Source: Marsupella aquatica
Taxonomy: Eukaryota; Plantae; Marchantiophyta
Length of the DNA: 64,000 nucleotides
Reading direction: 5' to 3'
Assembly: GCA_973895155.1 (NCBI GenBank)
Contig: OZ316899.1
Location: 5,769,241 to 5,833,240 of the forward strand
Each line of letters opens with the position of its first letter. The first letter of the stretch is position 1. The notes under the pieces were generated by a model, which had not been told where the DNA came from, did not search any database, and saw only the letters and a list, made by a program, of their open reading frames with translations. A program made the position numbers and the translations under genes. Below are positions 48,489 to 60,358 of this stretch, piece by piece.

Positions 48489-51400
48489 TCACAATTTACT
48501 CACACTCTGAATGTATGCAATCAAAGCTTGCAAGTCACTTGCATCTAGTATATACACTTTGTCAACTATCCCAGACTTCATTGTCAAGTTCACATTTGAA
48601 ATTACCATCTCAATATCAATCCATTGTCCATCTGTTGCATCATAAGTGAACAAAGTTTTGTTGTTACCAGTAGATTTGTACCAATTACACTGCAAGCGGC
48701 ACACACTTCCACTCTGTCCAACTGCAGGTACAGGCCTGTCCAACAGATCTATTGCTTTCCGATGTCTGACCCAATAGGAGCCATTCTTCTGTATCATAAA
48801 CTCAATCCTACCCAACCAATATTCCTTCTTTGCAGATGTTGCGTCAACAACAGGCCCTTTATCTATTCCCTTCCTCTTCTTTGACTTGGATGATCTGGTA
48901 GAAGGACCAACCTCTGCAGCAGACTCAAACAAAACTGCTATATCAGTACCAATGTCAACCAAACAAGTCACAGAGTCACCATTTTCCTTCTCCTTACTAG
49001 TAGTGTAATAGGTCTTCTGGGCTATCCTAGTTAGCCTATCCTTTGACATGAAAGGATTGCAGCACAATTGACTCACAAAAGTGGACTTGTAGATAGTCCT
49101 TCCCTCATAAGTTATAGTAGACACTACTGACCGGGGTGTCTGCACATCAGTTAAGTCTGCTTGAACTCCAGCCAAGACATGCCTTACTTCATGTCCTAGT
49201 GTCTCCATCTCACAAAATGGGTTAGTGTCCACCTCAATCGAACAATCATCAACTGTTAGTGGCTCAATACAATCCTGACTGTCCAGAGTGTCCCATGAAT
49301 CAATCCGATTGAGATCTTCTTCAGGATCTTCAAACTCTAGAAACTCTCCAATTGGGGGCTCAGGTCTAGGGCCTACAATAGATCGATGCTCAACTGTGTC
49401 TTCAGCATCATCACATAACACAACCTCTTTCATGACACTTGTATCCGGCCAAGTCTCTGCCTCCACCTCCCAAGGATGAACCCACCATCGTCTTTTTGCT
49501 GCTGGCAAAGAACTCCTTGGTGACATGTTCAGCTTGCACAACAAATCCTTTGCTTCCTGCAAACCTTCCTTTAGAGCATCAACAACCATCTCATTAGTCT
49601 GAACTGCAGAGTAATCAAATAAATTTGGAGCTTGTTCTCCTTCATCCAGAGGATGTAAAGTTGCCCAAACATGATCCTGTTTATCATGTGATCGACGTAT
49701 CTTCAATCCCTCTGGTCCATACTCTAATCCAGCTAGTCGATTCAGTCCCACTGCACTGTCCAGTCGAGATCCAAAGTCATAATTTCTCTCATGGCCACTC
49801 ATGCCACCTACCTTGCTAAAAAATATTTCACAACAATCTGATCCCAACAAGTGAAATGGAACTTGCAGATATGGGAACTTGTCCCGAAAGGCACAGATTA
49901 ACAATACTACAAAATGACAAGACATGTTGATATCATGGAAAACCTGCACAGAAATCATGTTCTTCTCTGTGATAGATCCAGCATTCCCTATCACAGAATG
50001 ATCACCATACCTCAACCATAGCCTCCACAATTGGAAGAACCAAGATACCTTTGATGCCAAGACAACACGGGTTCTTAGGTCATGCTTAACAGAGAAGAAA
50101 ATATCCATGTAGTCTGCACAAACCTCCAAGTATATCATGGTCCCAAAGCTTCTATCATGACGAACATCTCGTCGCTCATACATATGCTGCAGGCAGGCCT
50201 ACACTCTCCTGGAAGCTATTCATTGTGGGCCAGCCCAGTTTTGTCTATCTGTCCTATTCACATCATCCCAATGCAAACCATGCTCATGAATTGCATAATG
50301 GTTATAAACAGATGTGACATATGACAAAGATGCATGCTGATCACCAAGAACTAACATAGCAGACACTCGGTCCAATGGGTTAATTGCCTTCTTGCCATTG
50401 TGAGGTGGGTCTTGGTCTCCAAAACCATATCGATCTCCATTCGGAAGTATGGACACTGAGTATTGCCACCCAACCCATCCTACACTGTACCTAGGAAAGG
50501 AATCATTCACAGCAGTATAATCTTCCATCATCAATTTCCTACGACGAGCATCACCATCACTAGCATGGCCCAACAAAGGACCAACACTGTCTTTGCAATG
50601 TGTGTTCCACATGGACTTCAGCTGCACCCAATGCTCTCTTACCCAGGGAGCTCTAAACTTGTTACATGTTGGTAGAACACACAATGCCAATTTAGGCATC
50701 TTTGCATGCAGAGGATTGACAATGATTACTCTAGCATACATGTCTTTGGCATATTGCTCAAAAGTACTTACAATCTTGTCATACCCTTCAATACCTGCTC
50801 CAACCAGTACTTCCAAGCCAAAAGAACATGTGTGCTCCTCTAAGGGGCCACAGAAACCAATGAGGGTGTCATATTTAGCTTCCCATCTGTCACACACAAT
50901 ACAAAACACACATCAGCTCATGACGTGCAAACTCATCCAACACATTCAAAAGAACAAGCTAATTTACTACAGAGACAAAAACACAAACCTGGGTCTCTCT
51001 TTTATCCTTGTTTCATCCTCAACAAACATTACTGGTACATCTCCTGAAATTCCAAGTGTCTGCTTTGATGCACATAGTACTCTGCACACCTCCTGGAATA
51101 TCTCTTTTCGAATGCCAACTCTAAAGGGTGGTAGTTTTGCTCTATCACGTTTCAAGGTCTTTAGACCTGGACCACCTAGGTTTGCCTGGAAACAATGAGC
51201 CACTTGTCTACCTCCAAACTGGAACATGGCTTGGGAAAAGGCCTTGGTTCTCTTACTGTATCGATAACCCTTAGCAACTCTTTGCAAGTTCTTAGCTACA
51301 TCTGTCAGGAAATCCCACAACCCTTCCTTGCCACCAAAAGCACCACGCCTATGTCCATTCACAATATTTCTCAGAAACAGTCTTAAATCTTTCCTATCAT

Positions 51401-53084
51401 GGGCTACTCCTAATAAATCTTCTAGCTTCTTTCGCCTAACACTCAAGGCACAAATTTTCTGAGCTTGTTGTGCCAACAGCCAACGCTGTTTCCTAAAGCA
51501 AGTGTTGAGGTTACCAACATGTTCCCTCAGTTTGGTTTTGGTCAAGTATGCCAACCTCATCCCACCCTGTGTAGTCCTGTCTCCTCTCTGCACTAATGCT
51601 TCCGCTTCCCTGTGCACCCTGCCACAAAAATCATCTTCACGTTTTATTGAATCACATAGAGTGCAAGTGAGGTTTTGAAAACCACCTCCATTAATGGACA
51701 CCCTGTGACATTGCTTGTGCCTAAAACAACCCTGTATACCAACAACTGACTGGCTAGTTACATTGAAAACCTCAGCACAGGTGGTACGGTCACAGTCCCA
51801 AACATTCCCTCCCTCTTGATCATCAAGTATGCCCTTCACAGCCATAGAATCCCCTGTCCACTTGACCTCTGACTCCCATAGGCCCCAACAAAGCAAACTT
51901 AAACTTGGCTCAATGGAGGAATACAACCCACCTCTGCCTGAACTGCTCCCTGCAGCAGAGCTGTCCTCTCTAAAGAAATTCAGAATAGAATTTTGAGATG
52001 GAAACAGATCACGAGCATCAGGCTTTCTTGGTCTCCCCTTCTTCCCTGCCCTCAGTGCAGCCTGGGTACTGGTGACGACATTCTCAAGTGCATCCATATG
52101 ATCCCGACTGACAAGGTGTTGCCTTAAATTGTGTTCCAAATTGGATTTCTTAGGGCACATGTCAGTATGTAGCTTGCCACAGACTGTACATCTAACCTTA
52201 AACAGGAATGACCTCTGTGCAAATGTTGGATCAGTGGGAGATGGTGTGATAGAGAACACTTCTACCACGCCACCTACCTCTGCATTCAACTTTCCAACTA
52301 TTTCCACACCAGCCCCTATTTGCATACTATGATCAAACAGTGGTTGCTGTATAGTGTCAGCAGGCGTCACCAAAGCTCCAGCTAAACCCCTTCGCTTACA
52401 CCAGTTCTCCTTGTGTTTAGGGTTGGTCAGGTGCTTTGTCTTGAAGTTGCTAAAGCAATTTGCGATGGACTTGAGCACCTGTGAAGTGGCTGCATTCCCA
52501 TAAGTCTCCCTACACTCTAAGCATTCTAGATGACCTCGACACTCCCCTCCCTCATCCCATGTTTGCACTTTCCACTTGTGCTCACCAAAGCCCTTCTGGT
52601 TCACCCAGGATCGTAGCTTCAACCACTCATCATTCCAGGCCTTTGATGCAGCCTCAAACATGAGGTGAGACTCAAAGGAGCCTGTGACAGGCTGTATAGT
52701 CGCCTGTACTGGCACCCCTTGTGTTTGTCCTTGAGACAATGGAGTCATGCCTACCACATTGGACACAGTGGCAGCAGATGAATGAGAGGAACCAATAGTG
52801 ATCCTCTCAGCAAGCAAGGCAACTGAGGGTAACTTTGCAATCACGTAAATTGTCCCTTGAAGTTCAGTCACCCCAACAGTCTTCTCTGAAAAGCGTCGGA
52901 CTCGACCAGGCAACCTCTCATCCCAAAAATCAAAGTCAAACTCTACTGCACCAACACATTTCAGACGAAAATCTGCTAGAGTCTGCCCTTCTTTGAAGGA
53001 CATGACACAGATTGGTGTATCAGGCTTTCCTCCCTCCTCACCCTTTTCTACCAATCTGACAGAGCTCATGCCTAGGTGTGCCAT
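48489..53084 (-). pseudogene. About 1500-aa P-like DDE transposase; intron 50887-50988; two C-to-T-type nonsense codons at about 50200-50222
   Basis: Candidate catalytic motifs VEDET, ASDGDARRR, DQDPPHNGKK, DRQN and GSDCCEIFFS. The intron joins PR|WEAKYD in frame. Confidence 0.8.
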
Positions 53085-53459
53085 GATGGACAGTTATACA
53101 GGCTCTGAAAGTAAGGGATAGGGATTAGGTACATGAACCTGTCATACAACAATGGACAGACATGGAAAAAGATCAGGACTCAAGTCAACCATTCACAATG
53201 TCATTTGAACACTCAATCTATTGTAGTCAATGAAACTTACTTAAGTCCATTTCAGTTCATCAAACTTCCACTTCGTTCAACCAAATACTTAAGTCCATTT
53301 CATTCATCGAAATACTTAAGTCCATAGCATTCAACCAAATACTTAAGTCAATCCATAGCATTCAACCAAATACTTAAGTATAATTTAGGTTGTCTTATGG
53401 GTCCACTACAAAAAAGGTTCAAGTTATAAGATGGTGGAATTAGTAGCAGTCATGCTAGT

Positions 53460-54185
53460 CTAGTCATGGGTACTTGGGATATCAGAACCCTCTGGGATGA
53501 CATGGCAAGTATAGTAAATCATGCGCCACTGTCCAATGTCCCAGGTGTCTCGGCCCCTCACCCTTCTCCTCAAGTGCTTGTCTGTTGTTGGTCCTTCATC
53601 ACAACACCATGCACGAGGGCATCTACGACATTGGACAAAATCCCAAATGCCCTCCCGATACTCCTTACAGACCTCACAGTAATGTCGTGGGCATATAAGA
53701 GCATCAGGATGTGCATCAAGGTTATCTGGATGGCGGGTGAAAGGCATTTCCCCCAATCGCAGAAGTGTCCGAAGACAACCCACATGGTAAAATGAGTAGC
53801 AGTCATCATGAGAACATTGGATCACAAGGGGCTCGTCTGTGGTGGGTCTCAAGGTTCTGCCAAGGAGTCCACAACCAAAACATCTTCCTCTGTTTTGCTG
53901 ACAGAGGTCACAAAGCCAAGCTGCAGCCCAATCATGACCTCTGGAAATGACAATCCGCTGACATGTAGGTCCATGGCCATCTTCCTCATCGGGGTTGTGA
54001 CCATCAACTACATAATGAAAATGGCAACCACAAGGGCCATCACAAAACAAAACAGCTCCTCCCTCATCACATTCAAAACAGCAAGGGGGATCCATATGAA
54101 GGTGCTCCCTATGCCCAAATCTTGGATCCAGCAACTGACTAGCAATGTGTGCCATGCTGAACAAGATCTGCAAAATTACCTTCAA
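53460..54185 (-). CDS. EDM2/NSD-type multiple PHD-finger module carried by the P-like element
   Basis: CFECDEGGAVLFCDGPCGCHFH..WLCDLC..CFGCG..CSHDDCYSFYHVGC..CPRHYCEVC..QCRRCPRAW..RMIYYTCHVI. Confidence 0.85.
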   Translation of the reverse strand: MKVILQILFSMAHIASQLLDPRFGHREHLHMDPPCCFECDEGGAVLFCDGPCGCHFHYVVDGHNPDEEDGHGPTCQRIVISRGHDWAAAWLCDLCQQNRGRCFGCGLLGRTLRPTTDEPLVIQCSHDDCYSFYHVGCLRTLLRLGEMPFTRHPDNLDAHPDALICPRHYCEVCKEYREGIWDFVQCRRCPRAWCCDEGPTTDKHLRRRVRGRDTWDIGQWRMIYYTCHVIPEGSDIPSTHD

Positions 54186-55098
54186 AAATTAGGGGCAGGC
54201 AGAGGGGCAGGCATGTGATGTACCAGAAGGAGCGATAGTCTACCAACAATCATAGCCAGTAGGCACCACCAGGGGCATGACTTCCCTGTGGGCTCCTTTG
54301 ATCCATCCTGCAATGTGAGCAATGCAGAATCAAAAGTCAACAACTTGAGTGTGCATCACCATCATGGGCAGAACCTGGACGTGTCCCACCACAGACACAA
54401 TCATTGATGAAATGACAGGTGTTCCACGCCAGGCAACCACCCCATGACATTCTTGCCATGTACTGTGCAAAAGTCTGCACTATGTTAGAGTCACCTCCCC
54501 TACAATGATCACATGTCTGGGTGTGACAATGGAGACAAGCCTCCAAGAAGACACGGTCCTCATCCAGCACCCCATCTGTCTGTTTAACTAGACGGATACT
54601 GTTTGGGGCTGGTGGGGATTACTTAGCCTCCGGTAATGGTTGCGAGGCACAGATGGATAGCCCCAGGTCACAGCACAGTCTGTAGGCACGATCCCAAAAT
54701 GGATCATCTTCACACGAAAGTGCTCACCCTTCTATCGATGGTACTCAGACAATACACTGCGTGTGACAACCATCTTCAGTGCAGTACACAAGAGATTGTG
54801 CCCACTCCAACAAAATGACAAGGCCACAACAAACAAGGTATCAGGATTGACCTTAGCAAGGGCCTGAACACAACCTCCCCAATTCCCGACTTCTACCAAT
54901 TGATCCCTGCAAGAAAGAAAGGGAGTTGAAGTTATATTTCATGCATACAAGTATCAAACAAACATACAGAGTAGACAGTGTCCAAAAATAGACAAACTCC
55001 TATATGCAAACATTTGCATCAGACAAGCAGGTCTTTATTATGTAAACTGCACCAAACACAGGGATACACTTGGAAAACGTAACCAGTCCTATATACAC

Positions 55099-55554
55099 CT
55101 GCGTTTTGGTATGATCAAGTTTACACTTTGCCAAAGGGCATTTGCCTCATCCTGTTTAATCATTTCTAGGTTCCTCTTGGTATTGTGAGCCTCAGATTCT
55201 ACCTCAGTCAACATTAAGTTGAAAGGGCCTTCTTGCAGACGTACCCCTACCTTTAAGGATTCACACATCCATTCAAATGAGACAACTTTCATTGCCTGAT
55301 TTTGAACAAAGTGATTCACATCAGACCAGGACCATGTGGACAGGACTGCTTTCCATGAATCGGCAACAATGTGAGTGGTCTTGGTGGATAGAATATCACA
55401 TTGTCCACCATGACGTTCTATCAGCTTTCTATGAAAGACTTGAAAACGAGCTTTGGAAAATCCATTTTGAACTAAGATGGTTCACACCTTGGAAAATGGG
55501 GTTTGATACTGAACTAGGTGTGGCTTTTTGTGGAATGGCTTGTCTACAACTCAT
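55099..55554 (-). pseudogene. BRCT-domain exon (Pol lambda-like) with one frameshift near 55480
   Basis: IFQGV/ILVQNGFSKARFQVFHRKLIERHGGQC..TTHIVAD..VVSFEWMCESLKVGVRLQEGPF. Confidence 0.75.
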
Positions 55555-56589
55555 GGTACACTAAACCATAAACTATACGAAACCGTCTGCTGCTCTGCAA
55601 CAAAATGAAGCTTACTTGAATCCTCCAAACAGATGCCTAGAATTGCTGCTCTGTGATAATTCAATACAAAACCCCTGCACAAGTCCCACACACAACAAAA
55701 AGCTCAATAAAACATCAATAGTCTCAACATACACCAAAAGCTTTGTACAGTGAAAGTGAATGAGGACCGCAAACTCTCTCACTGTGACACTCTTTACAGT
55801 CTCACCAGAAATGCTTTGAAAAACAAAAATGCCAGGTTAAATAAACTGCGCAGGTAAAAAAAACCAGGTTCTCTATCACATTGACAAACAAGCTTTCTTT
55901 CATAGTCCGAGGGTCTGTCTGTCTACTATCAGTTTTCTGCTAACATGTTCCAACTCTGATAGTAGACCCCCCTTGAGAGACTGTCAGTTTTTTGCTAACT
56001 ATGTGCATTCTGCTAAGCCAAGCTGCAAGTAAACATAGTTAGCAGAATTTCATTCACTTTGGAACCCACAAAAAGAGTTGCTATATATGAATAGCAATGT
56101 TCTTACCTTCACAGCACAGTCAGTGCAGGATTGGATTGGATCTGATTTGGATGGCAAGCACCGATCACAACGAAGATCAAGCACCGATCACCAACCAAGC
56201 AGCACTCACCAAGAAAGCACCGATGTCTCTTGCTGAGTTCACCCTAAATGGACAATCTTGCCAATGCGAGTGGGGATCAGATGCACAACTTTTTAGAAGC
56301 TTCTATAACTGAACAAGCTGGATTTCAGGGTGGCTCTTTTCAAGGCAATGCAAGCACATAGGCTTGTGACTGTGACAACATAGACTCTGTTTGTATGGAA
56401 ACTTCCAATTACAAACTCACAGGAGTGATAGATTCTAACCTGGCAGATCAAACACTTCCTTCTATCTTCCGCCCTCACCAAGCATCCCTTCTGGGTCCGC
56501 GTCTGTCTGCAAGCAATATCACGCAGCTCAACCCCGCAACTAAAGAACCAGACAACAACAGACATCCAGCCAGCATCGCCCTCCGGACC

Positions 56590-57210
56590 TCTTCAATGAA
56601 AGGAAAGACCACGTTGCAAGTACAGAGGAAATGCTAGCAAAAATTAGCAACATCAATGTGGGACAACATTTGCAATAGGAGCGACCTCCAAGGGGACATA
56701 GAAGCTCAGAGTGTCACCTTCTTTCTGCCAATCCGAGCTCTGTAAAGTAGTGTTTGAAACCAAGTAGCAGTCGACCTCCACACGCCTCCACAGTCTACCT
56801 ACTCTCCAAACTTGCACAACAACATTCCTTCCGCCCTCCGAACTTGCCGCAACAGTAGTCCTCCCAATTGTCTCAAAGAGAATGGACGGACCTCTAAAAC
56901 CGTGGCAGCAACAGTCCTTGTGGTCTCCATAGTTGACTACAGCTCCAGCTTGCAGCAGCTTGCAGCAATCAACCTTTGTTTTCTCACAAAGAACATGGAG
57001 AACCTCTGAACTCGCGCCAACAACAATCCTCCCGACCTCCTCAATCAACTAGAGCTCCTCTTGAATGAAACGAAAAGACCACGTCGCAGGCAAAGAGGAA
57101 ATGCTAGCAAACAAATAGCAATTGACATCAATGTGCGGTAGCATTTGCAAGAGGAGCAACCTCCAAGGGGCTACATAAGCTAGGAGCATCACCTGCTTTC
57201 CGCCAACCTT
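56590..57210. repeat. Imperfect ~150-bp direct duplication (about 56590-56735 and 57060-57210)
   Basis: Both copies contain AAGACCACGT...GAGGAAATGCTAGCAAA...ACATCAATGTG...ACCTCCAAGGGG. Confidence 0.7.
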
Positions 57211-58222
57211 TCTCTGTAGCGTTGTCGTCCTCCTAACACATATCAGAAAGAAACATAAGAAGAAGCAGTACGCAGGGAAACAAGCAAAAAGCTATGGTGG
57301 AAACCTGCTCAGTTTCTATCAAGCTTGATCCAAACCAAGTAACAGTTGGCCTCGACAATGTACCTCCTCTGAAAACTTGCACCAGAACTCGTGGCAACAA
57401 CAATACTCAGTCTACCCCAATCCTCTCCTCGGTCCTCTCCTATGTCGCGGCAGCGCAGCGCAGTCGAATGATCCTCCAAAGTCACGGCAGCGCAGCGCAG
57501 TCCCGATTGTCACGAAGAAATTAAACTTGAAGATCCTCCAATGTCACGGTAGCGCAGCGCAGCCCTCTCGATTGTCACAAAGAGAGTCACGGCAGCGCAA
57601 TGCAACCCTCCCAATTCGCACAAAGAAAGTGAACATTGAGTTTGAAACTCAATGTTCGCGCGTCCTCCCCCATCCTCGGGCCCACAATCCCCATCTCTAA
57701 AGCCGCCACCCGGGCCATTATTAACCGTTCAATCTTAAACCCTAAACATGGACGGCCCTCGCAAACCCCGAGTGGTATCATTGTTCCCCCGAGGGTCCCT
57801 TAACCCACTTTAGACCCCGTCCCAATAAATCAAAAACTGAAATCCTTCACAATATAGTTTTTGGACAAAAGTTTGGTTACAATAGGGCAAAAATTGAAAC
57901 ATTCATGTTGCAGCAAAAAATCATATGTACCACCTAAAACCACGTGTTGCAATTACATGGAGACACGTGGTCCAACCTAAACATGACCCGTGTCGCATGA
58001 ACATATGGCAATAAATTCCCTAACTTTCCTGGACACCTTCCGTGGAATATGTCCCATATAAAAAATGCCTATTGTTCTTTAAAGCATCCCAACAATTAAA
58101 ACGGACCCTTTTGTTCTTCCACCAAACTTTGGAAGTCTTCCGCTGAACCCAATTAAATGGCCCTATACTTCGTCGCACGTGATGTGGCACTTTCGTGGAA
58201 GTGACCCCCCCGAGGGACTTCC

Positions 58223-58580
58223 CAGGGAATCAACTGAGTTCCTTAGCGTTGATCGTCCGGATCAACTTGAAGGGGAGAATTTCTACCCTACATAGTTCTT
58301 GAATACACTCACGCCAAGTGGTCTGCCACCTCATAAGTTGGTACTCAAGGTTGGATGCCCTATCATTTTACTTAGGAATATAGATCACTCTTTGGGATTG
58401 TGTAATGGCACTCGACTGATTGTGAAAGCCATGAGTCGTCGTGTCATTGAGGCACGAGTTCTTGCAGAAAAACATGCAGGGACCCTTACATTTATCCCAC
58501 GCATTCCATTGACATCTGATGAATCACTTCCCTTTTTATTACGTAGGGTCCAATTTCCCATCCAAGTGGCATATGCATAT
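58223..58580 (+). pseudogene. Helitron helicase C-terminal part, truncated before the TINKSQG motif
   Basis: GLPPHKLVLKVGCPIILLRN, GLCNGTRLIV and RRVQFPIQVAYA. Confidence 0.92.
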
Positions 58581-58589
58581 GCCACTTTA

Positions 58590-58818
58590 CCTCTCTCAAC
58601 ATCTTCCTCGCCTTGACAACTTTACCTCTATCAACATCTTGCCCTTGCCGCAATATATTTCCCTCACCTTGAAATCTTGCTCTCACCTTGACATCTTGCC
58701 TTCACCTCAACATCTTGCCCTCGCCTCAACATCTTTCCCTCACCTTGAAATCTTGCCCGCCTCAACATCTTGACCTCGCCTCAACATCTTGCCATCCCCT
58801 CAGAATCTTGCCCTCACT
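58590..58818 (+). repeat. Degenerate ~18-bp tandem repeat in the Helitron 3' region
   Basis: Recurring CCTCAACATCTTGCCCTCG-like units. Confidence 0.75.
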
Positions 58819-58854
58819 CTAAATCTTTCGTGCAACGCACGGGCATGGGGCTAG

Positions 58855-58899
58855 TCCCCTATAAAAGCCATTCTTGAGCCGAAATCTTTTGGCACGACA
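58855..58899 (-). repeat. Terminal 45 bp of a B-family LTR (the Helitron target)
   Basis: Near-identical to 22985-23029. In intact LTRs the preceding base is A, giving the Helitron A|T target. Confidence 0.88.
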
Positions 58900-58983
58900 C
58901 CGGCCTAGTCGAGAGTGAAACCTGCGGGAATCGGCTTGTGCAGGGGGGTTTGTTGGGTTTAGGGAGCCATGGGACGCACCACA
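58900..58983 (+). repeat. 3' end of a C-family LTR (target of the B-family element)
   Basis: GAAACCTGCGGGAATCGGCTTG...GGGACGCACCACA matches about 14849-14915. Confidence 0.88.
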
Positions 58984-59554
58984 TGGTTCTAAAGTGGATT
59001 TGGGTATATGGAACCCTGGATGATTAAAAATGAACATTCTCCATTGTATTTTGAGTGGACAACCTTCTCAGATTGGTGATTGGCTTAGCAAATTATATGA
59101 ATAGAGTAGAGTGGAGATAGAGGATGACATTGTTTGGATTTTGAACGTTTTGACCCAATGCCTAGCCGGGTTATTCATGGAATATTCTCTTTGCACATGT
59201 TGTTTTGGGACATATTATTGACCTTTTAGTTGAAGGAATTTTCCTGTTTCCTTTTTGCTATTTCCTGTTTGGATTTTCCTGTTTCCTGGCACGGTGGTCA
59301 TACCCGTCGCCAACTTTACCATGACATATTCAGTAATGTATAACTAAGCTGCCTAATCTGCACAAAATGTTTCATAAGATTTGGATTACATAGCCAATTA
59401 GACGGATTTCTACTATCGCCGTTCAGTTTAATTTGACACTCCATAAAATCATTACCGACAAATGATTCTATAACTACCAAAATGTATCAAAACTTTGAGG
59501 CTACAACGTTCCGCTATTTCCTACAAGTAAATGTGTGCGATGTTTACTAGAAAT

Positions 59555-60358
59555 TTATATTTTTTGTACATTCACTTTAGTGTACACCCCCAATTCAACT
59601 CTTGCCGAGAGGAGATCATTAATTTTTACCCATAGATTCTGGACATTGTCACACATCTCCCATAGCCTAGCCTGCACATCTACATAAAGGCTCATAAGCT
59701 TTTGGAAGTCTGACTTGGTGTCCGCAATCTCTGCATCCAAACTCTTCAGCAACTCCTTAGCAAACCCAAAGTCAACATTAGCACATTTTGAACACTCGGC
59801 ACTGGGCGAGTCCTTGTGGCTGGTTATGTTGTCACGACCGCGGAACTTAGCCGCACCACCTATGGGCATCTTCAACTTCTCATTCATTTTGTTTGCACCA
59901 CCAATAGCCTTGCCATTATCTGGAGATCTCAACAGACGAGGAGCTTCACCATCACGGTTAGGCAGTGTGGTAGCCATTGCAATAGGATGTTTCCTGGGGC
60001 GACCTCGTTTCCTCTTCTCTGTCAAGAGCCGAGGAGCTTCATTATCAGGTAACGCGATTGATATTAGGATGGGATGCTTCCTGGGATGACCTCATTTCCT
60101 CTTCTCTGTCAAGAGCCGAGGAGCTTCATTATTAGGTAACGCTATCAACATTATGATGGGATGCTTCCTCGGCCAACCTTGTTTCCTCTTCTCTGTCAAG
60201 AGTCGAGGAGCTTCATTATCAAATAACGCTATCAATATTACAATGGGATGCTTCCTTGGCCGACCTCGTTTCCTCTTCTGTGGGACGACGCCCAAAATGG
60301 TGGAGATAGTGGGTGTGTGTCTATCTTGGGCACCAATCACAGACTCCACTCTGGCCAT
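59555..60358 (-). pseudogene. Protein with four AT-hook repeats (87-bp period) and a C-terminal coiled coil; one CGA-to-TGA stop
   Basis: KRKRGRPRKHPI units at 60002, 60089, 60176 and 60263. ORFs 60092-60358 and 59555-60025 are in the same frame. Confidence 0.7.

Larger units (their letters stand above)
47850..58214 (-). mobile_element. 10.4-kb TIR DNA transposon, P-superfamily-like
   Basis: TIR CTCG(A/G)GGGGGTCACT plus a second block ACATC(G/A)CGTGCGACG. 8-bp TSD GGACTTCC at 47842-47849 and 58215-58222. Helitron frame LEGLP|RESTEFLSVD is restored. Confidence 0.9.
45462..58854 (+). mobile_element. Helitron (5' part not seen in the window), interrupted by the P-like element
   Basis: RepHel motifs; 3' hairpin CGTGCAACGCACG (58829-58841) and CTAG (58851-58854) followed by T. 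Confidence 0.93.

Noticed and set aside
55921-56047. Small hairpins (GTCTACTATCAG/CTGATAGTAGAC) as a MITE or miRNA
   Set aside because: Arms are only 9-12 bp and no TSD was found.
57939-58182. Three CACGTG G-boxes near the right end of the P-like element
   Set aside because: Common hexamer, and one copy is part of the TIR; function cannot be supported.
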